From contig JBLDXI010000021.1 of the NCBI GenBank assembly GCA_047495785.1, positions 310,001 to 374,000 on the forward strand: a stretch of 64,000 bases of DNA. The letters run 5' to 3'. Position numbers and translations under genes: made by a program. Origin of the DNA: Lepidodermella squamata. Lineage: Eukaryota > Animalia > Gastrotricha. Shown here one piece after another: positions 62,884 through 64,000 of the stretch; position 1 is the stretch's first letter; every line of letters starts with the position of its first letter. The notes beneath the pieces were generated by a model. That model was not told where the DNA came from and searched no databases. It saw only the letters and a list, made by a program, of their open reading frames with translations.

Positions 62884-63499
62884 TAATCCCGTTTTAATTA
62901 TTTCTAGTTCCAAATTAAGTACAAAATTAATGCCTTTTCACGAGAAACCGGTTGAAACACATAATATTATCAAAATGTACTTGTACTAATACAAGTTTAT
63001 TAATACCTTGTAACATTTATCTAATGCTAAGTATAGGCAAGGCAGATGCCAGATAACTTTCAAAGATTTAGAGTAAAATTTTTTCCAATCTGACTCTCTC
63101 TGTAACGTAATCGCCTTCAGTTCAAGCTCATCTACACGTGCGCGTACAAATATCTCGTCGGGAATGTGCGTCATCTCGCACATCACACATTTCGGCACGC
63201 AGCAACATCAAATAGTTTCATTTTCTAGCTCAATTTTCACTTTGAAATATTTAGCAATTCCGTTGTTAGCGAAATGTTGATTTTGTATCATCAAGTATGT
63301 AAATTTAGAGTAAAAATGAAGTTTCTTTGAAGCTTTTGAGCAACGATGATGAGAAGGAAGAAGGAATAAGAATTTCGTGTGATTCTGAAATTCACCATGA
63401 CGACGGTTGCGTAGAGGCGCCTAACCGGGTGTCTAATTACTAATTACATTATTAATTAATTAATTGCAATATCAAGTTTTTATTTTTTACTACAACCAG

Positions 63500-64000
63500 G
63501 CTTTTCTAATGAAAAAGCAATCAAGAAACACGAGGATATCGCCGTTATTGACCCTTCTCTGCTCGAGACTCAAGCCCGAAATTCAATCTGGTCCAAGGCC
63601 AAATTTGGCGATTTACCGAAAATAGCTGAAGAATTTGCGAACCCGAACCTTCCGAAATCTTGCAAGAAATACATGACGGAACTGCCAGATAAATCCGACC
63701 TTGGCCGGAATATTCTCCACAAAGCAATTTTGGACGGCCGGCTGGATGTCGTCAAATATTTGATTGAAGAACAAAACTCTGATTTGAACTCGGGGTCAGA
63801 TGAAATTGGAATAGTGAAGCCATTTCATTCGGCTATGATGTCTGGCCATTTAGAAACTGTCAAAGATTTCCTCGAACTACAATCAGAACCCAGTGTCGAT
63901 ATTCTAACTTCAAGATTGAACATTACGCCATCAACAAATGCCGCTTTCTCAGGTTCTGTTGAAGTTCTGGAATACCTGGTTAAAGAAAAGAAAGCTTCGG
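63500..64000 (+). CDS. Ankyrin-repeat protein, internal exon running off the window end (absent from the ORF track)
   Basis: Open frame after acceptor 'tacaaccag': GRNILHKAILDGRLDVVKYLIEE; KPFHSAMMSGHLETVKDFLE; ITPSTNAAFSGSVEVLEYLVKEKKA. Confidence 0.85.

Overview
Eukaryotic (animal) genomic DNA, gene-dense, with mostly short (~47-65 nt) GT-AG introns. A TEX49/SPMIP11-like gene suggests motile cilia or flagellated sperm. Gene order: 3' end of a Topors-like E3 ligase; CK2 beta; a co-oriented six-gene block of three NRF-6-type acyltransferases (Acyl_transf_3) interleaved with three GT10 alpha-1,3-fucosyltransferases (2.6-18.6 kb); two small spliced minus-strand orphan genes that the ORF track does not assemble; a MITE-rich zone (piggyBac-, Mutator- and hAT-type) holding a decayed HS2ST/UST-like sulfotransferase; an orphan type I membrane protein; a LINE fragment; GABA-B R1; an SLC10-like transporter; TEX49-like; zeta-COP; Rab6; a divergent CNC-bZIP; KANSL2 with a MULE remnant in its intron; an orphan TPR/helical-repeat gene; and the start of an ankyrin-repeat gene. 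The best candidates for new biology are (i) the acyltransferase/fucosyltransferase block, with a nearby dead sulfotransferase, as a possible animal glycan-tailoring gene cluster, and (ii) a window-wide pattern of splice acceptors just upstream of start codons with ~200-nt spacers, suggesting SL trans-splicing and operons. All gene models were read by hand and family calls rest on remembered motifs; no database searches were run.
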